NCBI RefSeq assembly: GCF_000315625.1
Contig: NW_005434468.1
Span: 1-57,795, forward strand
Reading direction: 5' to 3'
DNA from: Guillardia theta CCMP2712
Lineage: Eukaryota; Protista; Cryptophyta
Length of the DNA stretch: 57,795 nt
Shown: positions 1-10,200 of the stretch, in pieces
Layout of the letters: each line of letters starts with the position of its first letter
Position numbering within the stretch: the first letter of the stretch is position 1
The notes under the pieces: generated by a model
The model's database searches: none
What the model saw: the letters and a program-made list of their open reading frames with translations, nothing else
Told to the model about the DNA's origin: nothing
Translations under genes and position numbers: made by a program

Positions 1-1038
1 GGGTACCGTCGAGGCGAGCTGAGCACCCACTCCAGCTCTTTTTGCTGGAGAGTTCCCGTACTTGCCCCAACAGCGACATACGTCTTCGGGCTCGGCCCCT
101 TGCGACCTCTCTGCCCAGCACCCTGCACGAGCATGCCTGCAAGCGGTTGTACCTCTGCGGCTGCAAGAGATTGCGAGAGCAGCTGAAATCGATAAATCTG
201 AGCGATCTCGGCCGTCGACATTCCTCCGAGAGCTAGGAGCTGTGATAGCTCGGCAAGGCTCCCTCCCTTGCCCCAAGGTCCTCGCTTGGCTCGAAGCTTG
301 AAGGACCGGTCGTGTGCTATGCTCACCTCTGTGGCTCGAAAGACTCTCCCTTCGATAGTGTATTCTCTCCTGCCTTCCCATAGCTCCATGGCTGCTTCAT
401 TCCGAAGGAAGGAGACGGTGACTGAGATGTCGTCTGCTCGTGCTATCTCAGGTCTGTAAGGTGCTTTCCACATGATGGCCTTGTCGACTCCATCGACTGA
501 GTCTACCATGAGACCTAGGTCCATAAGCTTCGTTTTCAACTTTTCTTCTTGTCGAACAAACATCGAGGAAATCCCTAGGAGAGTCATGGAGATGAAGGAG
601 GTCCCCTCGGTGCCTTCGGTGCCGATGTATGTCTCGACATTCTGCTTCTTGGCCTCCTCCATCTGTTGAATAAACCATGCTTTCGACTCTGAGCTCCATT
701 CGCTCAGAGAGTCTTCAAACAGGTCGCGTCTCGCCTGCCGACCTGTCGAGCGGATAACTTCAGCGATAGCGTCGGAGCATAAGCTGTCCGACTATTCGGA
801 TAACGCTTGGTGAAGTTCTTCACCTTCTCGACGAGGTCGGCGGCCTCCTCGACGTGGCCTCCTGAGCGCTCACCCTGCGTGTATTGGCATGATCTCCGAT
901 ACAGCAGGTTGCGAACGCTCTCATCATACTGTAGTACCATGCTTAGAAAGCTGTTTGAACTAGATGAACCTCTTGCTCGCAGCTTCCATCGGTCTCCCTA
1001 CGCGCCGCAGGGCCGCATGCTCTTACTAAGGGCCGGCT
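1..1038 (-). mobile_element. Frameshifted copy (5' part) of a telomere-repeat-associated retroposon-like element; runs off the window
   Basis: Near-identical to 4930-5572. ORF pieces (MVLQYDESVRNLLYRRSCQYTQ..., KAPYRPEIA) are homologous to the 715-aa ORF at 1482-3629. The 5' end abuts (TTTAGGG)n. Confidence 0.7.
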
Positions 1039-1080
1039 CCTAAACCCTAAACCCTAAACCATATTTATTATTATTATTAT
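1039..1080. repeat. Interstitial telomeric repeat (CCCTAAA)~3 next to a (TAA)n tail
   Basis: cctaaaccctaaaccctaaacc at 1039-1060, then ttattattattattat. Confidence 0.9.
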
Positions 1081-3617
1081 GTGAGTTTATTAGAATGCTA
1101 GAATGTTGCTCGGCCTCGTTGTGGGCTTTTGCAATTTGATCCTAGTCTAAAGAGGCGCTCGAGCACTGGGAGTACACGGCCTACAATGCGAACCCTGCTT
1201 CTGAGGCGTCTTTCTACTCTCTACTTCTGCTGTCTTCTCTTGGCTTCCTCAGCCTCAGTCAGGAGAGTTGCCTCTCCTCACCTTGGCCTTCGGTCGCCAC
1301 CTACTCTACCTCCATTCAGCTTCCTCAGCCTCAGTCAGAAGAGTTGCCTCTCCTCACCTTGGCCTTCGGTCGCCACCTACTCCTCCTCCATTCAGCTTCC
1401 TCAGCCTCAGTCAGGAGAGTTGCCTCTCCTCACCTTGGCCTTCGGTCGCCTCCTACCTTCTCTCCTTACCTTGAGCTCAGCTCAAGCTCGGTACGGGCTC
1501 GCCCCGTCTTCTTCCTCGCCCTCGCCTTGCTCTTCCTCCATGTCTTCCTCTTCTTCGCCATCTTCCCTCATCTCCACCCGCAGTCGGTCCTTCTTGTCCA
1601 CCTTCAGCGAGCAGGCCAGCACATGCATCTCTGCGAATTTACTCAGTGCTATGAACAGGAAGCTAAGAGATCGACGCTCTATGTCGTCGCTCTCCGCCTC
1701 CTGCTCAAGCTCAGCAGCTGCCGTTGCCCGTGGCGAGAACGCGCTGCCCCTCCTTGCCTTCTTGCTCTCTCCTTGCACGCGAGTCCAGCGCTTGCTCTGC
1801 AGCCACTTCCCCAGCTTCTCCTTGAGCGCGTTGCGTCCCACTCCCTGCTCCTCTGGCGTCTTCGCCCACTCTCCCAGCGACATGAACTCCAGGCTCCCCG
1901 GAGAGTAGAAGGTGTCGTGGAGGTTGCCAACGGCCTTGTCCAGGACCAGCTTGATCGGCTCGCTCGTCCCCGCCTCGTTCAAAGAAGTTGCATCTTCGAT
2001 GACTGCTGACAGCTCGCTGACGAGCTGCATGTCCTCTTGGCTTGACGGAGATGCTGCCTCCATTGTGATCCTCTCCAGGTCTGTAAACTCCAGCCACTCT
2101 CCCTCGCTCTCCTCCTGTCGCTGCGCTGCGTCGCTGGTGCCCCGCTGACCAGCCGCCTCAGGCTCCTTGTCGAAGCCGACTGCTTCGAGCTTGGTTGCTG
2201 CGCCTTCGAGATAGAAGGGCAGCTCCTTCATCATGCATCGAGCATCCTCCGTGGAGCCGAGGAGGATGCATAGCTTGGACCCGTTCCAGGACTTGGTGTT
2301 CAAATCCTCCTCCATGTCGATGCCTTCAACTTTGATCTCGAGCCTGTTAGCGATCTCCAACAAGACTCTCTTGACTCTTGCGATGGACGTGTTGCCGCCG
2401 TTGCACAGCCCCTCCATCTCCTTCCTCGTGAAGCGACCAGATGCCGCCGTCGACTTGATGATGATCTTGATCTCCTTGCCGTCCTTGCCGCCTGCCTTCT
2501 TCTGCATCCTTGATGCCTTCTTCAACTTATTCCTAGAGACAAAGCGATCGGCTGTCAACTCGACTGCGAGCGCCTCTCTGATCTTCGGGTCCTCGCTGAA
2601 CAGAGTCAGGTGTACTCCCTCCATCGCTTCGCTCTCTCGGAAAGCTCGAAATGCTGTATCATTCGCCTCTGGGCAGCTCGAGGAGACGATCCACTCCACC
2701 TCCCTCTGTCTCCAGATGACGTTGGCCCCTACAGCGACGAAGCCTTTCTGACCTAAGCCTTTGTGGACTTGCTGGCCTGGCGCCCCAGCGACCAGCATGC
2801 CTGCCAGCGGCTGGAGTTGGACCGCTGCAAGGGACTGGCGCAGCAGCTGATAGCGATAGACGGCAGCTATCTCTGCCGTTGTCATGCCGCCCAAGGTTAG
2901 CAGGTGAGTCAGCTCTGCCAAGCTGCCCCCTTTGCCCCAGGGTCCTCTCTTGGCTCGAATCTTGAAAGATCGATCGTGCACGATGCTCACATGTACAGCT
3001 GTGAACTTGCGACCATCGATCGCGAAGTCCTCTCTTCCCTGCCAGAGCTTCTCCGCTTGTGCATTGCGGAGGAAAGAAACAGTCACCGGGATCTCCTCAG
3101 CACTCGCTATCTCGGGTCTATACGGAGCCTTCCACATGATTGCTTTACTCTCTTGCACTGAGTCTACGATCAGTCCGATCTCTTCGAATTTCTTCTTCAA
3201 CTTCTCTTCATGGTTGACATACACCGAGGAGATGCCCAGGAGAGTCATGGAGATGAAGGAAGTCACCTCGTTGCCTGCTGAGGCGGTGTATGTCTCGACC
3301 TTCTCCTTCTTGGCTTCTTCAATCTGCTGCATAAACCACTCTCTGGATGCGTCACTCCATCCAGTCATCGCTTCTTGTAGAAGCTCACGTCGTGCCTGCT
3401 GACATGTCGAGCGGATGGCTTCTGCGATAGCGTCGGGGGTGCATCCCTCCACAGCCTTGCAAGCCTGAGCTGTCCTGCTGTTCGGATAACGCTTCGCGAA
3501 GCTCTTCACCCTCTCGACAAGATCAGCTTCGAGGACAGAGGCATCCACAAGTCCGCGCTGCGTGTATTGGCATGATCTCCGATACAACAGGTTGCGAACA
3601 TTTTCATCATACTGAAG
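1061..3617 (-). mobile_element. Single-ORF, (TAA)n-tailed retroposon-like element, 5'-truncated, flanked by TTTAGGG motifs
   Basis: Minus strand order: GTTTAGGGTT (3627-3618), ORF, 3' UTR with 76-bp repeats, CTAATAAACTCA, (TAA)n, GGTTTAGGGTTTAGGG. No RT motifs seen. Confidence 0.65.
1243..1460. repeat. Three tandem 76-bp repeats in the element 3' UTR
   Basis: gcttcctcagcctcagtcaggagagttgcctctcctcaccttggccttcggtcgcc starts at 1243, 1319 and 1395. Confidence 0.9.
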
Positions 3618-3629
3618 AACCCTAAACAA
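1482..3629 (-). CDS. 715-aa unknown protein, probably ORF1/Gag-like protein of the retroposon; acidic C-terminus
   Basis: Long intact ORF with homologues at 1-940, 4930-5474 and 14040-14888/29860-30340. The native ATG (MVLQYD in other copies) is replaced by the telomeric junction. Confidence 0.6.
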   Translation of the reverse strand: MFRVLQYDENVRNLLYRRSCQYTQRGLVDASVLEADLVERVKSFAKRYPNSRTAQACKAVEGCTPDAIAEAIRSTCQQARRELLQEAMTGWSDASREWFMQQIEEAKKEKVETYTASAGNEVTSFISMTLLGISSVYVNHEEKLKKKFEEIGLIVDSVQESKAIMWKAPYRPEIASAEEIPVTVSFLRNAQAEKLWQGREDFAIDGRKFTAVHVSIVHDRSFKIRAKRGPWGKGGSLAELTHLLTLGGMTTAEIAAVYRYQLLRQSLAAVQLQPLAGMLVAGAPGQQVHKGLGQKGFVAVGANVIWRQREVEWIVSSSCPEANDTAFRAFRESEAMEGVHLTLFSEDPKIREALAVELTADRFVSRNKLKKASRMQKKAGGKDGKEIKIIIKSTAASGRFTRKEMEGLCNGGNTSIARVKRVLLEIANRLEIKVEGIDMEEDLNTKSWNGSKLCILLGSTEDARCMMKELPFYLEGAATKLEAVGFDKEPEAAGQRGTSDAAQRQEESEGEWLEFTDLERITMEAASPSSQEDMQLVSELSAVIEDATSLNEAGTSEPIKLVLDKAVGNLHDTFYSPGSLEFMSLGEWAKTPEEQGVGRNALKEKLGKWLQSKRWTRVQGESKKARRGSAFSPRATAAAELEQEAESDDIERRSLSFLFIALSKFAEMHVLACSLKVDKKDRLRVEMREDGEEEEDMEEEQGEGEEEDGASPYRA

Positions 3630-4126
3630 TTGAATAGCTTTTCGTCCCCAATGACCATCTCGACGTTGTTATACCTGCAGATGCGACTGCAACCATTGAC
3701 AAAATTCCATACAACCGACACGGACTTGTTCATGTTCTTTGCGTCGAACATGATACTCTGCATTCTCTTGGATACGTTCTCCATGTAAAAGTCACGATTG
3801 ATGTCTTCGTCGCCACCAACGACGTTGGTCGACAATGAAACATCTCGGATGCTTGATTCAATACTCATCATAAAGTCAACAACCTGCGAAAAACTGTGTT
3901 TCTTGGTATTTTGAGAGTTGAGCTGGAACTGGACCGTTTCCTTGCCAACAACTTGATTCCACAGTGTATTCTTGACACCGGAGTTCTTCATGATGTCTCG
4001 GATGAAAGAGAATGATCTGTGCATGTCCTGGTCCATGACATTGTTGGTCTGGTACACAGGATGCATAAGTTCATTCACAATGGTGTGGATGATATTCATG
4101 GGTGGTGCAATTGGTAAAGGAGGCAA
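3628..4126 (-). pseudogene. Intronless AT-richer orphan ORF truncated by the retroposon insertion
   Basis: ORF 3506-4126 crosses into the element exactly at TGTTTAGGGTT (codons C-L-G-F). Composition differs from the flanks. Confidence 0.4.
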
Positions 4127-4496
4127 GGAAATGTGTCACCTTATAAAGAGAATTCCCCTCGCATGATTCATTAGGTTCCAAAAATAGTATTCGAATTCGG
4201 CTAAGGGGCAGCGGACGGAGGGAAAACTTGAATGCCACGCTTCGCATTCAAGTTTTTCGGTCCGCTGCCTGGGGCAGCGGACGGAGGGAGGCTGGACACA
4301 TGAACATGGTACCGCTCGAGGTAGTCCTCCTCGCTAGCCTCCTAGTCAGCGGTAGCCGAGTCAGCGGTAGCCGCCCGTGACGGCGGCGACGCCGCAGCAA
4401 TGCCCAAGGACCGGCGTGACCCGACCGATGCCGGGGAGGAAGCAGGCGAGCTCGGACCAGCAGCAAGCACCCCACGGGCCAGTGGTGTCGAGCTCT

Positions 4497-4720
4497 CCGG
4501 AGGCACCCGACGTCACAGTGAGGGACGGAGACGCCTCGCCAGCTCCGCCCCGATCGTCGGCGCCACTCGACGTGTTTCCCCCATCGGAGTCGGAGACGCC
4601 TCCGGCGAAGACTCCCCCTCGGGCGACTCAGTCGACAAAGTCCGTCCGGAGGCACCCGACCGGTCACAGTGAGGGACGGAGACGCCTCGCCAGCTCCGCG
4701 CCGATCGTCGGCGCCACCTC
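4497..4720. repeat. ~70-bp GC-rich direct repeat pair
   Basis: ccggaggcacccgac...gtcacagtgagggacggagacgcctcgccagctccgc.ccgatcgtcggcgcca at ~4497 and ~4646. Confidence 0.8.
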
Positions 4721-4929
4721 TTGAGGATGCGGCGTTTGGTCGGCACTTCGTGCCCGGGCCTGATGACGGACCTGCTGCTGAGGTCTTGGCTCGCAAACGC
4801 GCCGCCACCTATCAGCGCCTCACTATGCAGCTGACGCTGGAGGCGCTCTTGTCTGGTGCGAGGCGCATGACGCCCTTGCGGGCGCAAGCACTTCTCGAGC
4901 CAGCCTCGGAGGACAGCTCCTCCTCGGAC

Positions 4930-5572
4930 TCGTCTGCTCGTGCTATCTCAGGTCTGTAAGGTGCTTTCCACATGATGGACTTGTCGTCTCTATCGACTGA
5001 GTCTACTATGAGTCCTAGCTCCGTCAACTTCATTTTCAATTTGTCTTCTTGTCGCACATACATCGAGGAGATGCCCAGGAGAGTCATGGAGATGAAGGAG
5101 GTCTCCTCGGTGTCTTCGGTGCCGATGTAAGTCTCGACATTCTGCTGTTTGGCCTCTTTCATCTGTTGCATGAACCATGCTTTCGACTCTGGGCTCCATG
5201 CGCTCAGAGGCTGAGTCTTCAAACAGGTCGCGTCTCGCCTGCCGACATGTACGGTCGAGCGGATGGCTTCAGCGATAGCGTCGGGAGTGCATCCCCCCTC
5301 AGCTCTGCAAGCATAAGCTGTCCGACTATTCGGATAACGCTTCATGAAGTTCTTCACCTTCTCGACGAGGTCGGCGGCTTCCTCGACGTAGCCTCCAGAG
5401 CGCTCACCCTGCGTGTATTGGCATGATCTCCGATACAGCAGGTTGCGAACGCTCTCATCATACTGTAGTACCATGCTTAGAAAGCTGTTTGAACTATACG
5501 AACCTCTTGCTCGCAGCTTCCACCGGTCTCCCTACGCGCCGCAGGGCAGCATGCTCTTACTAAGGGCCGGCT
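4930..5572 (-). mobile_element. 3'-truncated copy of the telomere-repeat-associated element (5' leader plus first ~180 codons)
   Basis: Near-identical to ~430-1038. ATG at 5474. The 5' end abuts (TTTAGGG)n. Confidence 0.75.
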
Positions 5573-5588
5573 CCTAAACCCTAAACCC

Positions 5589-5621
<33 letters not shown>
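5573..5621. repeat. Telomeric repeat (CCCTAAA)~2.5 plus (TAA)~11 tail
   Basis: cctaaaccctaaacccta followed by (tta)n. Confidence 0.9.
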
Positions 5622-5622
<1 letters not shown>

Positions 5623-5883
5623 TGAGTTTATTAGACTCAGGCTTAGTCAAGAGTTTCATAGCTAAGAACTATTGCTCTTCGCTCATCTCTCGCCTAATGA
5701 TCCGTCTAAAGGGGTTCCCGACCTTGGGAGGTTGGCCCATTTTTCCTATAGGCGCCCCTTAGGCCTGGTTGCTTCCGTATTAGTTGTTTTCAGTAACGAT
5801 GTCCTCCGGGCCCGTTCCAATTCCGATCCCGGTCCCTTCCTTATTTTCGCTAAGTTCCGTTGTACCTTCCTGCCCCTTCCCCC
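5591..5883 (-). mobile_element. Short, heavily 5'-truncated 3' end of a related (TAA)n-tailed element
   Basis: Same terminal CTAATAAACTCA-(TAA)n as the 1061-3617 copy. The 5' junction is AGGGTTTAGGG at 5893-5883. Confidence 0.55.
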
Positions 5884-6496
5884 CCTAAACCCTGAAGTGT
5901 CGCAGAGGAGGCGAGACTCGCTAGACTTCAACTGAAGGCCTTGAGCATCGGCATCCCTGCCGATCAGCTCCTGATCGTCTTTGCACAGGCAGGTGGGCTG
6001 CATGGCAAGAGCGACGGGTGTATCATAGTTGGTCGAGTCGGGGTGAGCCTCTGCCGATGTGCCGAGAGCCGCTGGAGGTGAAGTCGTCCTCGGCGTGCAG
6101 GAGTGGTGACAGGACCTTCGGACGTTCCGAGTTCTCATAGATGCGGGTCCCCGTCATCTCCGCTGATGGACAGCAAGCCTGGGGCGGCTGGCAACATCCG
6201 CACGTCGGAGTGACTCGCTTCGTCCTTGCACTGCGGCAGGTGCGCAGGGGCACGGTATGACCCCGCAACAGAACGGGGACGGTGGAAAACTGAAGGAGGA
6301 CAGGTGGGGGGGGGAAGCAGCCGGGACAAGAGGGTGGAAAGCAGCCGGGGCAAGAGGAAGGAGGGGGGGGATGGGAGGAAGTTGAAGAGCAGGTTGGCCC
6401 CCGGAGACCCAACTTGGCAAGGATCAGGAACAAGACATAACAGGCGCTGTTATCGCGTAAAATCGCTGGCAATGTTAACTTTGCGAGAGGGTGGAG

Positions 6497-7061
6497 CCTT
6501 GATTTCAACATCTTCTTCAATATACACACGAATATTTGAAAGATTGATTTATATATTCAATATCTCCCTTAACATCGAACATTTGTCCACCCTACCCGTG
6601 CGAAAAAAACCTTTGTCGAGCCGGTCGAGATGTCAACATTTAAGTTGGGGTGGGTGGTTGAGGTGAAGTGGGGCACATGGAGCTGGTGGGTAGGGGCATA
6701 TGCGTTTGAGACTAGGAAGAGATATAGAGAATATCGATGATAGGCTAGCAAAAGAGACCTTACTACTAATTTAGTGGGGTCGCTTGGGAAAACATGCCGG
6801 AACTGCGTTCCGCACAGCCTTGATTTCAATATCTTTTTCAATATACACACGAATATTTGAAAGATTGATTTATATATTCAATATCTCCCTTAACATTGAA
6901 AGGTTGTCCACCCTACCCGTGCGAAAAAAAACCGTAGTCGAGTTGCATTGTCACATCTAAGTTGGGGTGGGTGGTAGAGGTAAAGGTGGAGCGCTGGTGG
7001 GTAGGGGCATATGCGTTTGACTAGGAAGAGATATAGAGAATATCGATGATAGGAAGCAAGT
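6497..7061. repeat. ~320-bp tandem repeat, units 1-2; unit 2 is interrupted by the Harbinger-type transposon
   Basis: gccttgatttcaa.atct..ttcaatatacaca.gaat.tttgaaagattgatt... starts at 6497, 6817 and 10074. Confidence 0.85.
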
Positions 7062-7250
7062 AGGTGTGTCCGGTACGCAACTATCTGTACGTTGTTACTG
7101 TACGTTAAATTTTCGTACAGTACGTTTTTGTAAAAGTGGTTCGGTATCAACTACACTATCCGTCAGAGTCGATTTCGAAAAAATTCAAAGTTTTCAAATC
7201 TCGGGTTGAACTTATGAAATTTAGATTTTTCCCGCGCAAAAGGCAATATC

Positions 7251-8504
7251 ATGGCGTGCGCACCTCTTGATGCAAGCCCCTCGCGCGCATCTCCAACCCT
7301 TTCTGATGACGGTGGTGGGGCACAGATGACTGCTTCCATTGAAGCTTCATCTTCCTCCGCACCGAGTAATCCTAGTGAAACATCACCAGGACGGATTGAT
7401 CCTCCAGCAACCTCTAAAGGAACTTCCGAAGCGCAGGCTTCCGGTCGTATGAGCTTCAAAGGTCTACCTGGTCAAGATGGCTTCAAGCGTCTTGTGATGA
7501 TTGTCACTGCAATGATGGGAATACCTGCAAGCAAGCTGTTTGGAACCTGCAAAGATAAAAGGAACTTGTATCGTGATGCAACTGATGCTCTGAACGGAGA
7601 TCCTTTGTTTGCAGGTGCCTTGAAGTCAAACACAACACGAGACAAATGGCATAACACAATGACTATTGTAGATTCCATTATTGATGGTGGAGAGGAACAG
7701 TTCATTAAACGAGCCCAGAACGGTGGTAATGCAATGAATGAATTGGACAAGCTGTACCTAGAAATCGCTCGCATCAAGCGCCCGTTTGTACAGCGTGCTG
7801 CAGACGCCAAGGCAAAGAAGAATGCAGAGAAACAGGATTCAACTGAGAGGCTTCAGTGTGTCATGAAGACTGTTGAGAAAAGAACTAATGCTTCGTTTGA
7901 TTTCACAACAGCCGTGGATGATGTGATGGATGAAATAAGGCCGGTGGATGGATCTAGTACATCGTCCCCGGCGTCTCAGTCTGGTGTTCAACAACAGCTC
8001 AATGCAAATGAACCAGAAGGATCGCCGGAAAATGCTCCTGATGAACCGTCATCATCTTTGGGAAGAGGACATAACAAAGGGTCGCAGAAACGTGCCAAGT
8101 ATAATCCAGGACTCCATCTAGATCGCAAAAAAGAGGAGGATAAGCTGACCGACAGCTTCTACAATGTCATCGATGCCTTGCACAAGACAACAGGAGAAAT
8201 GACACGGTCGAATGCGCAAGAGCAAGATCAACAAGAAAGGAAAGAAAGGATCAGAATGCTTGAGGCTGAGAGAGAATTGGAGCAACAGAAAACCAGGACG
8301 ATTGAGGCAGAGAAGGATTTAGAGAAACAGCGAACATGTAAATTGGAGGCACACAAGGATTTAGAGAAACAGCGATCTGCTACCTTCCAACAACAACTTG
8401 AAGTGTTGAAGATGATGGCACTCTGCGCCGACAAAGGTATGCCTGTCCCGCCTAACTTAATGACTATGCCGACGACGGGGGATACCAGCAACGAAATGCT
8501 TTAA
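7251..8504 (+). CDS. Myb/SANT-like DNA-binding accessory protein with C-terminal coiled coil
   Basis: 417-aa ORF inside the TIRs. YRDATDALN...GALKSNTTRDKW resembles a trihelix/Myb-like motif. A second ORF is standard in Harbinger elements. Confidence 0.7.
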   Translation: MACAPLDASPSRASPTLSDDGGGAQMTASIEASSSSAPSNPSETSPGRIDPPATSKGTSEAQASGRMSFKGLPGQDGFKRLVMIVTAMMGIPASKLFGTCKDKRNLYRDATDALNGDPLFAGALKSNTTRDKWHNTMTIVDSIIDGGEEQFIKRAQNGGNAMNELDKLYLEIARIKRPFVQRAADAKAKKNAEKQDSTERLQCVMKTVEKRTNASFDFTTAVDDVMDEIRPVDGSSTSSPASQSGVQQQLNANEPEGSPENAPDEPSSSLGRGHNKGSQKRAKYNPGLHLDRKKEEDKLTDSFYNVIDALHKTTGEMTRSNAQEQDQQERKERIRMLEAERELEQQKTRTIEAEKDLEKQRTCKLEAHKDLEKQRSATFQQQLEVLKMMALCADKGMPVPPNLMTMPTTGDTSNEML

Positions 8505-9759
8505 TTGTGCATTTTGGAAAGGTAATTGTTCACAGTCATGGAGATCAACACATCCTCTGTTTCAAAGTATGCTGCTGTCTGATTTCCGTACAATATTGTA
8601 TGAAGATTAAATAGCAAAATTGCTATAGGAAACATTTTGCCAACTTGTTGACTTCCCAACCTCAAGTTGTGTCGATGAGTCAAGTTATTGAAGTAGTTTG
8701 TGGTTTCCCCAAACGCATTTTCAATCACAATTCGGAACCTTGACATCAGAGCATTGTAACGCCGCTCGGTCTGTGTTAGATTGCCTCCTGGATCAGGTCT
8801 TTCAACTCGTTGAACGAAAGCACTTCTGGGATAAGCGCTGTCAGCAAAAGCGCTGTAGCGCAAACCAAGATCCTCGCTGGCTTGTGACAAATCTTCCAGT
8901 AGTCCTGATTCAAGCAACATTGTAGCGTCATGAGTACTTCCCCTCCATGGACCCCAACAGAGAGCAATTCCATTGGGCAACACACCTCCCTGATATTTCA
9001 ATCCATGCAGACGTTCCTTCCCCGCGAATGTCTGGTAATCCATGAGATTCAAATTTATACAACCATCTCCTCCTGGTCGTGTTGTCGGCTGGAAATGACC
9101 ATCCAGAAACAGGACTAAATTTGCATGAGGGCAACCTAAAGATTGGAGATGAGCAGCAAAGCGAGGGAAATCATCTTAGGCGCATACCTGTTATACAAGA
9201 TGGTGATCATGTAATTGTATGTATCCGATAGAACTGTTCGTGAACCTCCTATAATAATCTGCAAGTCGCACCAGCGGCAAGGACTTGCAAGCCTCCGAAG
9301 GAGGATCATCAAAGCATGATCGCTTCGCACCCAGGTTGTGTGCCCACGTTTTCCGAAACGTAACATTGATGGAACACCATTATGAGACATGGCTGCACCA
9401 TTCTCGTCCCTGAGAGACTCCAGGATTTCGAAGAAGTGCTCCTTTCTAAAACGAAATTGCTCGAGAAACTCCGCGTCTGAAAAATCTCCGGCTGATTTGA
9501 AACAACCACGTGAGTACGATCTCATATACGGCAGAGACATCCAAATTAAATGACGATGAACTAGCGCACAGAGTGCACTCAACCTGACAAGAATCATCTT
9601 GGAAACAACCGTTCCGAATCGAACTTTTTGGAAACAAGCAATATGGGTGACAATGAGATGTAGAAGCGATTTTACACGACGCCTAATGACGTATTTCTCA
9701 TTGTGATATAGATGTGTGCGCCTAATGGAAGCGCGAGGTGAGTCTCGATGTAATGGCAT
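8501..9759 (-). CDS. Harbinger-type DDE transposase (DDE_Tnp_4-like), split near 9136-9187
   Basis: EFLEQFRFRKEHF, LRRLASPCRWCDL, FLDGHF, HGLKYQ...PNG, GSTHDA, FADSAYP, YNALMSRFRIVIENAFG. There is a frame break (intron and/or frameshift) near 9136. Confidence 0.85.
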
Positions 9760-10034
9760 ATCGCCCGATCGCAGATCGGAGGGAAGGGCTGAAGAGCGGG
9801 AAGGATGGGAGAGGGGGCAGGGCGGTGGGCAGGGGGACGGTTTAAAACCTCGACTTTTAAATTTGACGAACCTACAGTAAATACTAAACGTTCTTATTTT
9901 GCTCGGATTTGAGAAATAGCGATTATCGTACTATCTGTACGTTCATCGTTAAAAACGGTTGTAGTGAAATTTAACGGACTGTCCGTAACATTTGTACCAG
10001 GGAACGTACAGATAGTTGCGTACCGGACACACCT

Positions 10035-10200
10035 AGTGGGGTCCCTAGAACAATGGAACTGCGTTCGAGTCCAGCCTTGATTTCAATATCTTCTTCAATA
10101 TACACATGAATCTTTGAAAGATTGATTGATATCTTCAATATCTCCCTTACGATTGAACATTTGCCTACCCTACCCGTACAACAAAAAACCTTTGTCCTTG
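10035..10200. repeat. Continuation of the ~320-bp repeat (end of unit 2 and start of unit 3)
   Basis: agtggggtc...ggaactgcgttc...gccttgatttcaatatc matches 6773-6930. Confidence 0.8.

Larger units (their letters stand above)
7062..10034. mobile_element. PIF/Harbinger-superfamily (PHIS) DNA transposon, possibly Pangu-like (ANT TSD)
   Basis: Perfect 32-bp TIRs AGGTGTGTCCGGTACGCAACTATCTGTACGTT (7062-7093 / 10003-10034). AGT is duplicated at 7059-7061 and 10035-10037. Encodes a DDE transposase and a Myb/SANT-like gene. Confidence 0.9.

Noticed and set aside
1129-3402. Plus-strand Ser/Leu-rich ORFs
   Set aside because: Antisense shadows of the 715-aa ORF and its UTR repeats.
4248-4930. GC-rich ORFs as a defined gene
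   Set aside because: No recognisable domain, frameshifted around a direct repeat and truncated by the adjacent element; a product cannot be assigned.
1039-5893. Athena/Penelope-like or HeT-A-type terminal addition, or a true chromosome end
   Set aside because: The G-rich repeat is on the element's sense strand, opposite to elements primed from the chromosome 3' end. Tracts are only 1-3 units and internal. No PLE RT or hammerhead core was recognised.
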